Source of the DNA: Candidatus Heimdallarchaeota archaeon
GTDB taxonomy: Archaea > Asgardarchaeota > Heimdallarchaeia > Heimdallarchaeales > Heimdallarchaeaceae
Direction of reading: 5' to 3'
NCBI GenBank assembly: GCA_019057375.1
Contig: DXJF01000044.1
Location: forward strand, 1-20,877
Length of the DNA: 20,877 nt
In this document: piece by piece, positions 6,989 through 15,776 of the stretch
Numbering within the stretch: the first letter of the stretch is position 1
Layout of the letters: the number at the start of each line of letters is the position of its first letter
Made by a program: the position numbers and the translations under genes
Notes under the pieces: model-generated
Told to the model about the DNA's origin: nothing
Seen by the model: the letters and a program-made list of their open reading frames with translations, nothing else
Database searches by the model: none

Positions 6989-8290
6989 TTAATCAAGTTT
7001 TATTTTTTGTAAAGGTGAGAAGTAAGCAATTCTTCCTCTTCCAGCCATAACTTTTCCATCTTTAATTACATGAGAAAAATTCAACGGATCAACAGCCTCT
7101 GAGATGTCTTCTAGAGGATTTTTATCACTAATAACTATGTCAGCCAATTTTCCCTTTTCAATCGAACCAATTTTATCATCTAGCCAAATAGCACGAGCAC
7201 CTTCAATAGTTGCAGATTGCATGGCTTGAACAGGAGTCATGCCGATGTCATCAACCATGAATTGCATCTCCAATCCAGTATTTCCATGAAAATTACCAGG
7301 AGTAGCAGCGTCAGTTCCAATTGCAATTTTAACACCTTTCTCTAAAGCTATCTGATGATTTTCTTTTGCTTTATTAAAACACTCCATAATCTTCTGTTGA
7401 ACTTCAGGAGGCATCTGTTTGTGAATACTAGAACTAGCTAAACAGACAATCGCTGAACGAGTTGGAATCAAGTAGGTTCCTTTCGCGACCATCATCTTAG
7501 CTGTTTCTTCAGTTATAAAAGTACCATGTTCAATGGTATCAAAGCCAGCTCTGACAGCAGCTTGTATTCCAGCATTTCCATGAGCGTGGCAACCGACATG
7601 CATTCCAATTCTGTGAGCTTCTTCTCGCATAGCAACAAGTTCTTCATCGGTCCAGAGAACTAAACTAACCTTTGACTCCATCCCGTGAAGTACACCACCG
7701 GTTGTCGCAGTTTTAATGAAATCAGCTCCGAGTTTTTTCTGATCTCTAACAGCATATTTCACATTGTCAACCCCTGCTTTTATAACAGAGATTTCTCTAT
7801 CAAAATCAACCAAAGCTTGAGGACCAATAGATTCTGAATCACCCCATTGCCAGATTCCTGTTTCGGATCCGACCAATCTCGGTCCTGCAAAAATACCATA
7901 ATTGAGAATTCGTTTTAGTGAGGAAACAACCCCTTTGTAACTACCAGCATCTCTTACACAAGTAAAACCACTTACTAGATGCTTCTGTGCATTATCAAGA
8001 GCAATAAAATTATACATGTCTCTCTTTGTTCTGAGGTATTCTCTTTCATATTGAGGATCACCAGTTCCACTAAGATGAACATGACACTCAACCATACCAG
8101 GAAGGACAGTTTTTCCTGTAGCATCAATAATCTTATCAGTTTCTTCTTTCTCGAAACTTCCTTCATCTCCCACCCAAACAATCTCTTTGTTTTTAACTAC
8201 TATAGTCAGATTCTCATTTATTTTCCCTTCAATAGAATCGAAAACATTCCCCGATTTTATTACAAGTCTTGTATCTTCAGACATAAGCAA
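6989..8290 (-). CDS. Metal-dependent amidohydrolase (Xaa-Pro dipeptidase/imidazolonepropionase-like)
   Basis: PGMVECHVHL (HxH), GFTCVRDAG, GADFIK (carbamylated Lys), CHAHG, IEHG, IGTDA and GSIEKGKLAD. The start is probably ATG8284. Confidence 0.92.
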   Translation of the reverse strand: MLMSEDTRLVIKSGNVFDSIEGKINENLTIVVKNKEIVWVGDEGSFEKEETDKIIDATGKTVLPGMVECHVHLSGTGDPQYEREYLRTKRDMYNFIALDNAQKHLVSGFTCVRDAGSYKGVVSSLKRILNYGIFAGPRLVGSETGIWQWGDSESIGPQALVDFDREISVIKAGVDNVKYAVRDQKKLGADFIKTATTGGVLHGMESKVSLVLWTDEELVAMREEAHRIGMHVGCHAHGNAGIQAAVRAGFDTIEHGTFITEETAKMMVAKGTYLIPTRSAIVCLASSSIHKQMPPEVQQKIMECFNKAKENHQIALEKGVKIAIGTDAATPGNFHGNTGLEMQFMVDDIGMTPVQAMQSATIEGARAIWLDDKIGSIEKGKLADIVISDKNPLEDISEAVDPLNFSHVIKDGKVMAGRGRIAYFSPLQKIKLD

Positions 8291-8426
8291 AAGATTTTAG
8301 ACCAAATTTAAAGTCTTTGGGAAAAAATAATCTATCAGACCATCCCTACTATTGCTATGAGTGTTGATGTATATAATTTTCTTGAAAAATCATTTTTTTA
8401 CTAGCTAATTGTTTCCTTTTCAATTT

Positions 8427-8819
8427 TTATTTTATTTTATATTTACCAGTAAAACGATTGTATATTCCAGGAAGTTTTCCATTTTCTTGCAAATAAATAA
8501 ACCAGTTATGAATCTCTCCAGCTACCATTTGAGTTCCAGTAGTTGTAAACTGTTTGATAACACCGTCATAAATATTAAAGATTCTAATTTCATCCATGTA
8601 ATAAGCTTCAGCAACTGCAACAGTCGTGATTTCAAGGAGATGAATTTCATCAGAAATATTGAAAAGATATCGAACATAAGCTCTCACAATCCATTCAAAA
8701 AATCTTTTGAATTTCTTACTTACAAACATTTTACCAAGTCTTCCCACAGCATAAGGAACAAGTATCTCTTCAAGCTCTTTGATTTCTTTTTCTAACATAG
8801 CTTTACTTAGAATGTTCAT
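8427..8819 (-). CDS. Hypothetical helical protein, weak resemblance to integrase core-binding (SAM-like) domain
   Basis: 130-aa ORF. The pattern RAYVRYL...LLEIT...IHNWFIYLQENGKL resembles the core-binding domain by eye only. Confidence 0.6.
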   Translation of the reverse strand: MNILSKAMLEKEIKELEEILVPYAVGRLGKMFVSKKFKRFFEWIVRAYVRYLFNISDEIHLLEITTVAVAEAYYMDEIRIFNIYDGVIKQFTTTGTQMVAGEIHNWFIYLQENGKLPGIYNRFTGKYKIK

Positions 8820-8924
8820 ATAGTTATACTTAGTTCATTACTACAATGTAAATATGGAAAACACAGATTAAAAAGATTAGAAGAGCAGATTCATTAGTTA
8901 TTCATTAGTATGCTAAACGAATAG

Positions 8925-8936
8925 GAAAGATTTATA
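8925..8936 (+). promoter_or_regulatory. Putative BRE/TATA box for 8960..9634
   Basis: GAAAGATTTATA ends 24 bp upstream of ATG8960 and is identical to the box at 127-138. Confidence 0.55.
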
Positions 8937-8959
8937 CATGACATAAGGTATTAGATATC

Positions 8960-9634
8960 ATGTCCCCAAAAGAAAATTTTGAACCTCCTTTGAGGATTCA
9001 AATTATAATTAAGAATATTCTCATTATTATGGCATATACTCTAATCTTAACCTTGTTTTTGGCAATATTCTGGTATCCTGAAAGATATTTTGCTTTTCAA
9101 GAACATATTAGCAATTTAGGTGGAATAGTGAGTTATACCTCTTCTTTACTAAACACCACATCCATGTATATCATGATTGTTGGATTTGGTATTTGTGGAG
9201 CTTTAGCTTTATCTGTTTCCATTCTTTACTTTACAAATAAAGAATTACGTGGAAGAATTCCAAAAGGAATCTTAACTTTGATTCTTGCTTTAGGTGCAGC
9301 TGGAATAGCAATTCCTTTAGATCATTCACTAAGAATTTTACATCTTATTGGAGCAGCTTGTTTTATTGGTGGATTTGCAGCTTTCAATGCCTATCTGCAG
9401 ATATCAAGTACAGTTAGAAAGCACATCAAAGGATGGTCCAATGTTGGCAAAGGAGATGCCATATGGGATGTGATCCTTTCTGTAATAGTGCTTGTTATTC
9501 TAGTCGGATACTTCGTAATCTTCGCTTTAGATCAGCTAAATGTTGGAGCAACTTTCTTAGGACCTGTATTCCAGAAAGTAACAGTCTTTGCAATGATACT
9601 TGCGTACTATTTCATTGATAATATAGATATTTAA
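8960..9634 (+). CDS. DUF998-like (Frag1/DRAM/Sfk1-related) membrane protein
   Basis: HISNLG after TM1 and PLD....LH..GA..F motif, with about 5-6 TM helices. Confidence 0.7.
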   Translation: MSPKENFEPPLRIQIIIKNILIIMAYTLILTLFLAIFWYPERYFAFQEHISNLGGIVSYTSSLLNTTSMYIMIVGFGICGALALSVSILYFTNKELRGRIPKGILTLILALGAAGIAIPLDHSLRILHLIGAACFIGGFAAFNAYLQISSTVRKHIKGWSNVGKGDAIWDVILSVIVLVILVGYFVIFALDQLNVGATFLGPVFQKVTVFAMILAYYFIDNIDI

Positions 9635-9684
9635 TATGAATCTGAGGAAGTAAATCTTTCTTTTTTTTCTTATTTCTTGATAGG

Positions 9685-10062
9685 TTAGTTGCCTGTAGGT
9701 TTTACAGTAATGTTTTCAACCATCAGAACAGCTGTTCGAGAAGGAGCCCTAGTTTTATGCAATATACTTCGAGGAATGACAAATCCTTCTTTAGGATTTA
9801 GTTCTACAGTCTTATCCTCCAGATCTATGAACAGTTTCCCATCTATTACATAGAAGAATTCATCTCCATCATCATGCTTGTGCCAGTGAAATTCTCCCTC
9901 TAATACGCCTAATCTTACAACTGAATCATTTACTTGGCAGAGAGAATAGTTTTGCCATTTCCTCTTACTTTCCTCAACTAGTTTTGGAATATCAATTAAT
10001 TCAAGATGTTTGAATTTTATTTCCATGTTAATAGAGTATTTAGCTTCTAAATCTTCATTCAT
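9685..10062 (-). CDS. Cupin-domain protein
   Basis: GEFHWHKHDDGDEFFYVIDG and IPRSILHKTRA are cupin motifs 1 and 2. Confidence 0.9.
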   Translation of the reverse strand: MNEDLEAKYSINMEIKFKHLELIDIPKLVEESKRKWQNYSLCQVNDSVVRLGVLEGEFHWHKHDDGDEFFYVIDGKLFIDLEDKTVELNPKEGFVIPRSILHKTRAPSRTAVLMVENITVKPTGN

Positions 10063-10164
10063 AAGAATCTCTAGAATTAAGAAAAATTAAAAGAATAAGA
10101 AGATTATGTATCTCTGCTGCTAAGCATTTTTAAACACCAATTATCCTAAAGCTAGTGAGCAATC

Positions 10165-10302
10165 ATGGAATGTCCTCGTTGCAAAAAAGTTCAGAAGAAG
10201 AGAGTAGGTATGAAGCAAGTTAAACGAAAGGGGGGATTCCATAAACAAACAAAGTTTCAATGCCCAAACTGTGGGTTAGTAAAGATGATCAGAAATCGAT
10301 GA
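10165..10302 (+). CDS. Small basic Zn-ribbon micro-protein (45 aa), absent from the ORF track
   Basis: My translation is MECPRCKKVQKKRVGMKQVKRKGGFHKQTKFQCPNCGLVKMIRNR*, with two CxxC knuckles (CPRC, CPNCG). It ends 18 bp before the S66 gene. Confidence 0.7.
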   Translation: MECPRCKKVQKKRVGMKQVKRKGGFHKQTKFQCPNCGLVKMIRNR

Positions 10303-10320
10303 AAAATAGAGGAATTTGAA

Positions 10321-11358
10321 ATGAAATATATCAAACCTAAGAAACTTCAGAAAGGTGATATTGTAGGCATCATATCTCCGTCTTGGGGCGGACCAAGTAT
10401 TTTCCCTCACATCTATAAAGCCGGATTATTAGCATTAAAGGAGATGGGGCTTCAGATAAAGGAGTTCCTAACTGCAAGAGCAGATGCAAAATATCTTTAC
10501 AATAATCCAAAAATACGGGCAAATGATGTAAATGAAGCATTTCTAGATGATGAAGTGTCTGCTATTTTTGCATCAATAGGAGGGGATGATTCTGTTCGAT
10601 CTTTACCATATCTGGATTTAGATGCAATTAAATCAAACCCCAAAATAATTATGGGGTATTCTGACACATCAATATTATTGACATATGCTAATCAACTAGG
10701 ATTAGTGACTTTTGATGGTCCATCTATCATGGCTGGATTCAGTCAAATAAGAAATTTCCCAAGTGCACAAAAACATGTACAAGATATGCTGTTTAATACT
10801 AATGACTATTATGAGTATCAGCCTTTCAAAGAATATGTGGATGGATATCCTGATTGGGCAGAAGAAGGGAACACAGGTAAAATTAATGAAAAGAAATTTG
10901 AGTATACTCAATGGAATTGGTTACAAGGAACATCAAAGGTAGATGGGAATCTGTTTGGAGGTTGTATTGAAGTTTTAGAGTTCATAAAAGGAACAGATTA
11001 CTGGCCAGATAAAGAATTTTGGGATGGAAAAATATTATTCTTCGAAACATCAGAAGAGAAACCTTCTCCAGATAATGTGAAATATATGTTAAGAAACTAT
11101 GGCGTACAAGGGATATTTGAAGAAGTAAAGGGAATACTTTTTGGAAGAGCAAGAGATTATTCCATAGAAGAGAAAAAGAAGTTAGATGAAACTATCCTAA
11201 ATATAGTGAAAAACGAATTTGGTTTTTCAGAATTGCCAATTGTGACAAATTTGGATTTCGGACATACAGATCCAAGGTTCATTATGCCATTAGGGTGCAA
11301 ACTCGAAATTAATTGTGAAATGAAGAAAATTTCACTTATTGAAAGCCCAGTAAGATAG
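10321..11358 (+). CDS. S66 family serine peptidase (MccF-like/LD-carboxypeptidase)
   Basis: IISPSWG, IGGDDS, GYSDTS (Ser), GGCIEV, ETSEE (Glu) and DFGHTDP (His). Confidence 0.92.
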   Translation: MKYIKPKKLQKGDIVGIISPSWGGPSIFPHIYKAGLLALKEMGLQIKEFLTARADAKYLYNNPKIRANDVNEAFLDDEVSAIFASIGGDDSVRSLPYLDLDAIKSNPKIIMGYSDTSILLTYANQLGLVTFDGPSIMAGFSQIRNFPSAQKHVQDMLFNTNDYYEYQPFKEYVDGYPDWAEEGNTGKINEKKFEYTQWNWLQGTSKVDGNLFGGCIEVLEFIKGTDYWPDKEFWDGKILFFETSEEKPSPDNVKYMLRNYGVQGIFEEVKGILFGRARDYSIEEKKKLDETILNIVKNEFGFSELPIVTNLDFGHTDPRFIMPLGCKLEINCEMKKISLIESPVR

Positions 11359-11389
11359 ATCAATAAAAGACCAGCAAATTTATAGATGT

Positions 11390-12304
11390 TTGCAGAATTC
11401 TCCTCGCTTGCAAAGAAACAGAAATGAGGTTATTCCTATTAAACCAGAGAACGATTTACCTTTGGTTGATTGTCATAATCATTTTCCAGACAAGGAACCA
11501 TATAGGAAACCAACTCACAGTGATGAAGAACAATATGATTTCTTCTTCAACCAACACAAAGGGCAATTTATAATTTCTTCAGCTAGTGATTGGGATTATG
11601 ATTACATCCAGAATTATATTCAAGCACATGAAAATAAGTATATGACAATGGGTTATAACATTCCTTCAGAAAGATACAATAGAAGCTTTGAGGATCTCAA
11701 AGTGTTTGTTGATTTCCTAAAAAACAATAAAGATAAGTATGTAGCAATAGGAGAGTTTGGGTTAGATTTTCATCATGGAAAGTCAATTAAAATGAGAGAG
11801 ACACAGGTAGAAGTTTTCCAAAAAATAATTAAAGAAACTAAATCTCTCAACAAACCTTATGCTTTACACGTTAGAAATCCCACTCAAAGAAATATAGATC
11901 AAAACTTTCCTAATCATGAGTATAACCAGAGAGACATTTGTAACCGAATTGTTCTAGAAAAATTGGTAGAAGAGCAAATACCGCCAGAAAGAGTTATGTG
12001 GCATTGTTTTTCAGGACCAGCAGAATGGGGACCAAAACTCGCAGAAAAGGGGTACTACATTTCTATACCTTCATCAGCTTATGGTTTCAAAAGATGGAGA
12101 AGGAATATTCCAGGGGTTCCAATAGAAAACTTGTTGACAGAAACAGACGCATGTTTACAACACCCATTCCGTATGGGAGCTTATAACACTCCAGCTAACG
12201 TGAAATATTCTATAGCTGCAATTGCTTATGTCAATGAAATAGACCAGCTTGAAGTAGCTAAGAAAGTGTTAGAAAATGCAAGAAGATTTTTTGGAGTGAA
12301 ATAA
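11390..12304 (+). CDS. tatD: TatD family hydrolase/nuclease
   Basis: DCHNH, AIGEFGLDF, LHVR, HCFSG and LLTETDA. The start codon is uncertain and may lie slightly downstream. Confidence 0.88.
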   Translation: MQNSPRLQRNRNEVIPIKPENDLPLVDCHNHFPDKEPYRKPTHSDEEQYDFFFNQHKGQFIISSASDWDYDYIQNYIQAHENKYMTMGYNIPSERYNRSFEDLKVFVDFLKNNKDKYVAIGEFGLDFHHGKSIKMRETQVEVFQKIIKETKSLNKPYALHVRNPTQRNIDQNFPNHEYNQRDICNRIVLEKLVEEQIPPERVMWHCFSGPAEWGPKLAEKGYYISIPSSAYGFKRWRRNIPGVPIENLLTETDACLQHPFRMGAYNTPANVKYSIAAIAYVNEIDQLEVAKKVLENARRFFGVK

Positions 12305-12361
12305 CAACCGATTTTGCTTCACAAAAATTTTATCAATGACAAGCTGAATATAACATTAACA

Positions 12362-13186
12362 ATGCCAAAGAATAAGAATAACTATACCGTTAGAAAATTT
12401 TCTGTAGCAAGAAGAATCTTATCTGATTTCAATGATGTTGCAGCTAAATTCCCCAGAGTACAAGGAATTGTAGAGATAGATATAACAGATGCAAGGAAAA
12501 GAATCAATGATTTGAAGGAGAAAGAAAACTACAATGTTTCACTTACAGCTTGGGTAGCTAAGTGTATTAGTAAAGCAGTTAAAGAAAACCCTAGACTTAA
12601 CTCTTTCAGAAAAGGTGGGAGGAAGATTATTGTCTTTGATAATATAGACATTAGCGTTATGGTTGAAGTAACAACTAAATCAGGAAAACATGTGCCTTTC
12701 AATCATGTGATTCGGAAAGTGGAAACCAAAAGTGTGAAGGACCTAACAGATGAAATTCGAGCTGTTCAAACGAAGAAAATAGAAGAAACTGAACAGCTGA
12801 CGAGAGACTCTTCAAACTTTTCAGGTCTCATTATGTTGATACCTAAAAAAATAAGACAATTTTTCATAAAAAAACTACTCAAAAATCCATTCTATGTTAA
12901 AAAACTGATTGGTACTGTTGGTTTAACTTCTTTGGGTATGTTTGCCAAGAACATCCATGGATGGGCAATACCTTTTCCTGACAGAACCTGTAATGTTGCT
13001 CTAGGAGGGATGAAGAGAATAGGGTGGGAAGTTGATGGAAAACTACAAACTCGAGATATTCTTTGTGCAACATTTCTAGTAGATCATAATCTTGTAGATG
13101 GTGCTCCTATTGCTAGATTTATCTCAAGAGTTGCAGAAGTGATGGGACAAGCATATGGTCTAGAAGACATAACTAAAACAGATTAA
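12362..13186 (+). CDS. Stand-alone 2-oxoacid dehydrogenase E2-type (CAT-like) acyltransferase catalytic domain
   Basis: LTAWVAKCISKAVKENPRLNS, DISVMVE and DHNLVDGAPIARF (HxxxDG). No lipoyl domain is present. ATG12362 is preferred over the track start TTG12314. Confidence 0.82.
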   Translation: MPKNKNNYTVRKFSVARRILSDFNDVAAKFPRVQGIVEIDITDARKRINDLKEKENYNVSLTAWVAKCISKAVKENPRLNSFRKGGRKIIVFDNIDISVMVEVTTKSGKHVPFNHVIRKVETKSVKDLTDEIRAVQTKKIEETEQLTRDSSNFSGLIMLIPKKIRQFFIKKLLKNPFYVKKLIGTVGLTSLGMFAKNIHGWAIPFPDRTCNVALGGMKRIGWEVDGKLQTRDILCATFLVDHNLVDGAPIARFISRVAEVMGQAYGLEDITKTD

Positions 13187-13208
13187 TAAATAGAAGGAAA
13201 GAATAAAT

Positions 13209-14900
13209 CTATTTCTTCTTTCTTCGTTTGAAAATTACTATTAGAGTTCCTAAAATAAAAACTCCCAGAATTGTTGGACCTATACTTAATCCAGCAGCTG
13301 AACTTTTTCCGAGAACAAAATGGTAATAACCAGTATAATTGTTACCTAATTTGAGATGATAAATTTCTGGTCCTAGTTCAAAGGGTAAAGTAAGGGTGAA
13401 GGAAAGAAGGTTATTACTATTAGCATCAATACTAGAGGAGCTACCAAGTAAAGTACCATCAGAAGCATAGAGGTCAACAGTATCCATGGTTTTAATTCGA
13501 GGGCTTAAGTTAGTTACATTAAAGGAAAGCTCTACTTCGTCATCTAATTTGTATCCACCAGAAAGAACTTTAGAAACAATAGATAATCTGGGAGTATTAT
13601 CAAGCAAGTAATCAAAACCAGGACGAACATCAAACCAAAGTGCATTAATGTACTGTGGGTAAGGATTAAAGTAATCATAGATCGATTTCCATTCAAGAAT
13701 CAAATGAGTAGAGTTTTCTTCTAGAACAGTTTCTGAACCAGGAGCAATAGAGGAATAATTTCTGTAAAGTTCAAAGGTAATTGGAGCTAAACAATCCTGC
13801 TCAAAATATAACCAGGTGTCCCAACCCCCAGCTAAAACAGCTGATTCAGCCTTAGGAAGATTCTTTATTACATTGCCTGTATAAACTTCTGTAAAAGAAG
13901 GAGGAAGAATATTAACATAATCTTGAACCATTTTCCAGTATAAGTCTGGTTCAGCCCAGCCGTATTCATCATCTACGAAATATGTTGCATTTATCCCTGA
14001 ATGCAAAGAGTATGCCATTCCAAAACTATGGTTCAGAGCAAAATCACGAAATGCTTGTGTTTCGGGTTCAGAGAAAGGAGCATGTCCAGGAAAAACTTGA
14101 GACATGGTATCTGGACTCCATCCACTTCCATCTCGCCAATAAGAATCATAATTACGATTGAGATCTGTATAACCAACATCATCCTCGTTTACTAGACCAT
14201 CTAAATCATTGTCAATACCTTCATAATAGGTGTAGAGATAAATTGGATTTGATGGATTAGTATTATCATAAACATCGAAAGAAGAAACAATCCCGTCCCC
14301 ACTGACATCTTCAGCTCGATCTTCATCAAAAAAACCATCACTATCATCGTCAAAGGGTCTAAGATTCTTTCTTAACCAATGATTGTCTTCATTAACAACA
14401 AGATCTAATGAATCGAGATTTAGAGCGGGAATAACATAGATTTCTTGATGGTCGATAAAATCTGTTATAGTGTTATTTTCTTGATAACTGTTAAGGAGAT
14501 AATGAACAAATCTCAAAGCTATTTCAATGCTAATCTGTTCGCGCCCGTGATGGTGTGAAACAACCAATGTTTTTGCTTTTTGATGGGTTCGAAGTTCATT
14601 TGTTATTCGTAATGAGATTATATTTTTTCCTAGGAATGTTTGACCAATAACTTCCAAATCTACAAGGTCAGGAACAGAATCATGAATATACTCAATTTCC
14701 TCGTACACTTCAGAGGAATTATGAAAATGATTGTCATAAAGCAAAACTAGATCATCCCAAGTTCTATCAATATCAGGAAGGTTTTGAGCAGTAATAGAAA
14801 CTGTAATTCTCGCAGAACTTATTAATGGAGAAACACCGAGAAGAAGAATAGTTCCAAAAACAACTGCAATTAGTTTAGAACTATATTTATTAAAGAACAT
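13209..14900 (-). CDS. Secreted, C-terminally anchored M14 zinc carboxypeptidase
   Basis: N-terminal signal peptide, HGRE (HxxE), WLRKN, DLNRNY, PFSEPET, LHS and TFE. The C-terminus is a TM helix followed by KRRKKK. Confidence 0.9.
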   Translation of the reverse strand: MFFNKYSSKLIAVVFGTILLLGVSPLISSARITVSITAQNLPDIDRTWDDLVLLYDNHFHNSSEVYEEIEYIHDSVPDLVDLEVIGQTFLGKNIISLRITNELRTHQKAKTLVVSHHHGREQISIEIALRFVHYLLNSYQENNTITDFIDHQEIYVIPALNLDSLDLVVNEDNHWLRKNLRPFDDDSDGFFDEDRAEDVSGDGIVSSFDVYDNTNPSNPIYLYTYYEGIDNDLDGLVNEDDVGYTDLNRNYDSYWRDGSGWSPDTMSQVFPGHAPFSEPETQAFRDFALNHSFGMAYSLHSGINATYFVDDEYGWAEPDLYWKMVQDYVNILPPSFTEVYTGNVIKNLPKAESAVLAGGWDTWLYFEQDCLAPITFELYRNYSSIAPGSETVLEENSTHLILEWKSIYDYFNPYPQYINALWFDVRPGFDYLLDNTPRLSIVSKVLSGGYKLDDEVELSFNVTNLSPRIKTMDTVDLYASDGTLLGSSSSIDANSNNLLSFTLTLPFELGPEIYHLKLGNNYTGYYHFVLGKSSAAGLSIGPTILGVFILGTLIVIFKRRKKK

Positions 14901-14922
14901 ATATTAACAGAATCTTAAGCAC

Positions 14923-14934
14923 TTATATATTTTT
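14923..14934 (-). promoter_or_regulatory. Putative TATA box for the M14 gene
   Basis: AAAAATATATAA on the minus strand, 23-34 bp upstream of ATG14900. Confidence 0.45.
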
Positions 14935-14985
14935 AAGGGTGATAAAAACGAATGTATTTTTAAGAAGTAGACATAAGTAATTCTA

Positions 14986-15750
14986 ATGAAGATTAAAGAA
15001 GAAAAAAACGACGCTTTGTCTCTGAATTCTATAGAACTAGAAAATCTCACTTGGATGCAAGCTGAGAAAGTGTTAGAGAATTATGAAGTAGTTTTGATCG
15101 CTTTAGGAGCTAGAACTAAGGAACATGGTCCTCACTTACTGCTCAATAATGATTATGTCATGGCAGAATTTCTGAAAGAACAAGTCATTAAAGTAGTACC
15201 AGTTGCTGTTCTTCCTACTCTTCAATATGGCTATTATCCTTCTTTTCTTGAATATCCAGGATCGGTTTCACTTAAAGAGGAGACTTTCAAGCAGGTTGTT
15301 ATTGATATTTGTATGTCTATGAACGGTTATGGAATCAAGAAATTTTATATCATAAATACCGGAATTTCAACTTTAAAACCTTTGAAATCTGCCGCTGAAG
15401 AGCTAGAACAACAAGGAATAATTCTTCGTTTTCTAAATTTACTAGAAGTTGAAAAAAAGCATGATCCTGAATTGCTACAACAAGAAGGAGGAACTCACGC
15501 TGATGAGAGTGAAACATCAATCATGCTTCACATGTATCCAGAAGTAGTTGATATGAATAAAGCAGTCAAGGATTATGATTCAAGACCAGATAGAAAAGGT
15601 TTAACTCGAAATCCAGTAGGAGATGGAGCGTATAGTCCAACTGGAATATATGGTGATCCTACACTAGCAAATAAGGAAAAGGGAAAAATCTTGACAGATA
15701 CTTTAGTTGAGGAGATTATCAATCAAATAAAAAATCTGAATGAACAATGA
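14986..15750 (+). CDS. Creatininase-family amidohydrolase (variant metal site)
   Basis: GARTKEHGPHLLLNND, YPGSVSL, HADESETSIML and PTGIYGDPTLANKEKGK. Confidence 0.85.
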   Translation: MKIKEEKNDALSLNSIELENLTWMQAEKVLENYEVVLIALGARTKEHGPHLLLNNDYVMAEFLKEQVIKVVPVAVLPTLQYGYYPSFLEYPGSVSLKEETFKQVVIDICMSMNGYGIKKFYIINTGISTLKPLKSAAEELEQQGIILRFLNLLEVEKKHDPELLQQEGGTHADESETSIMLHMYPEVVDMNKAVKDYDSRPDRKGLTRNPVGDGAYSPTGIYGDPTLANKEKGKILTDTLVEEIINQIKNLNEQ

Positions 15751-15776
15751 AAAGAAATCAGTCAGATTACATTTAA

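Noticed and set aside
7975-8795. ORFs 7975..8181(-), 7979..8311(+) and 8409..8795(+)
   Set aside because: Off-frame or antisense overlaps of better-supported genes, with no motifs.
1007-11358. Toxin/immunity link between the EhpF-like adenylating enzyme and the MccF-like peptidase
   Set aside because: They are about 8 kb apart with unrelated genes between, and there is no precursor peptide, MccB-like enzyme or exporter.
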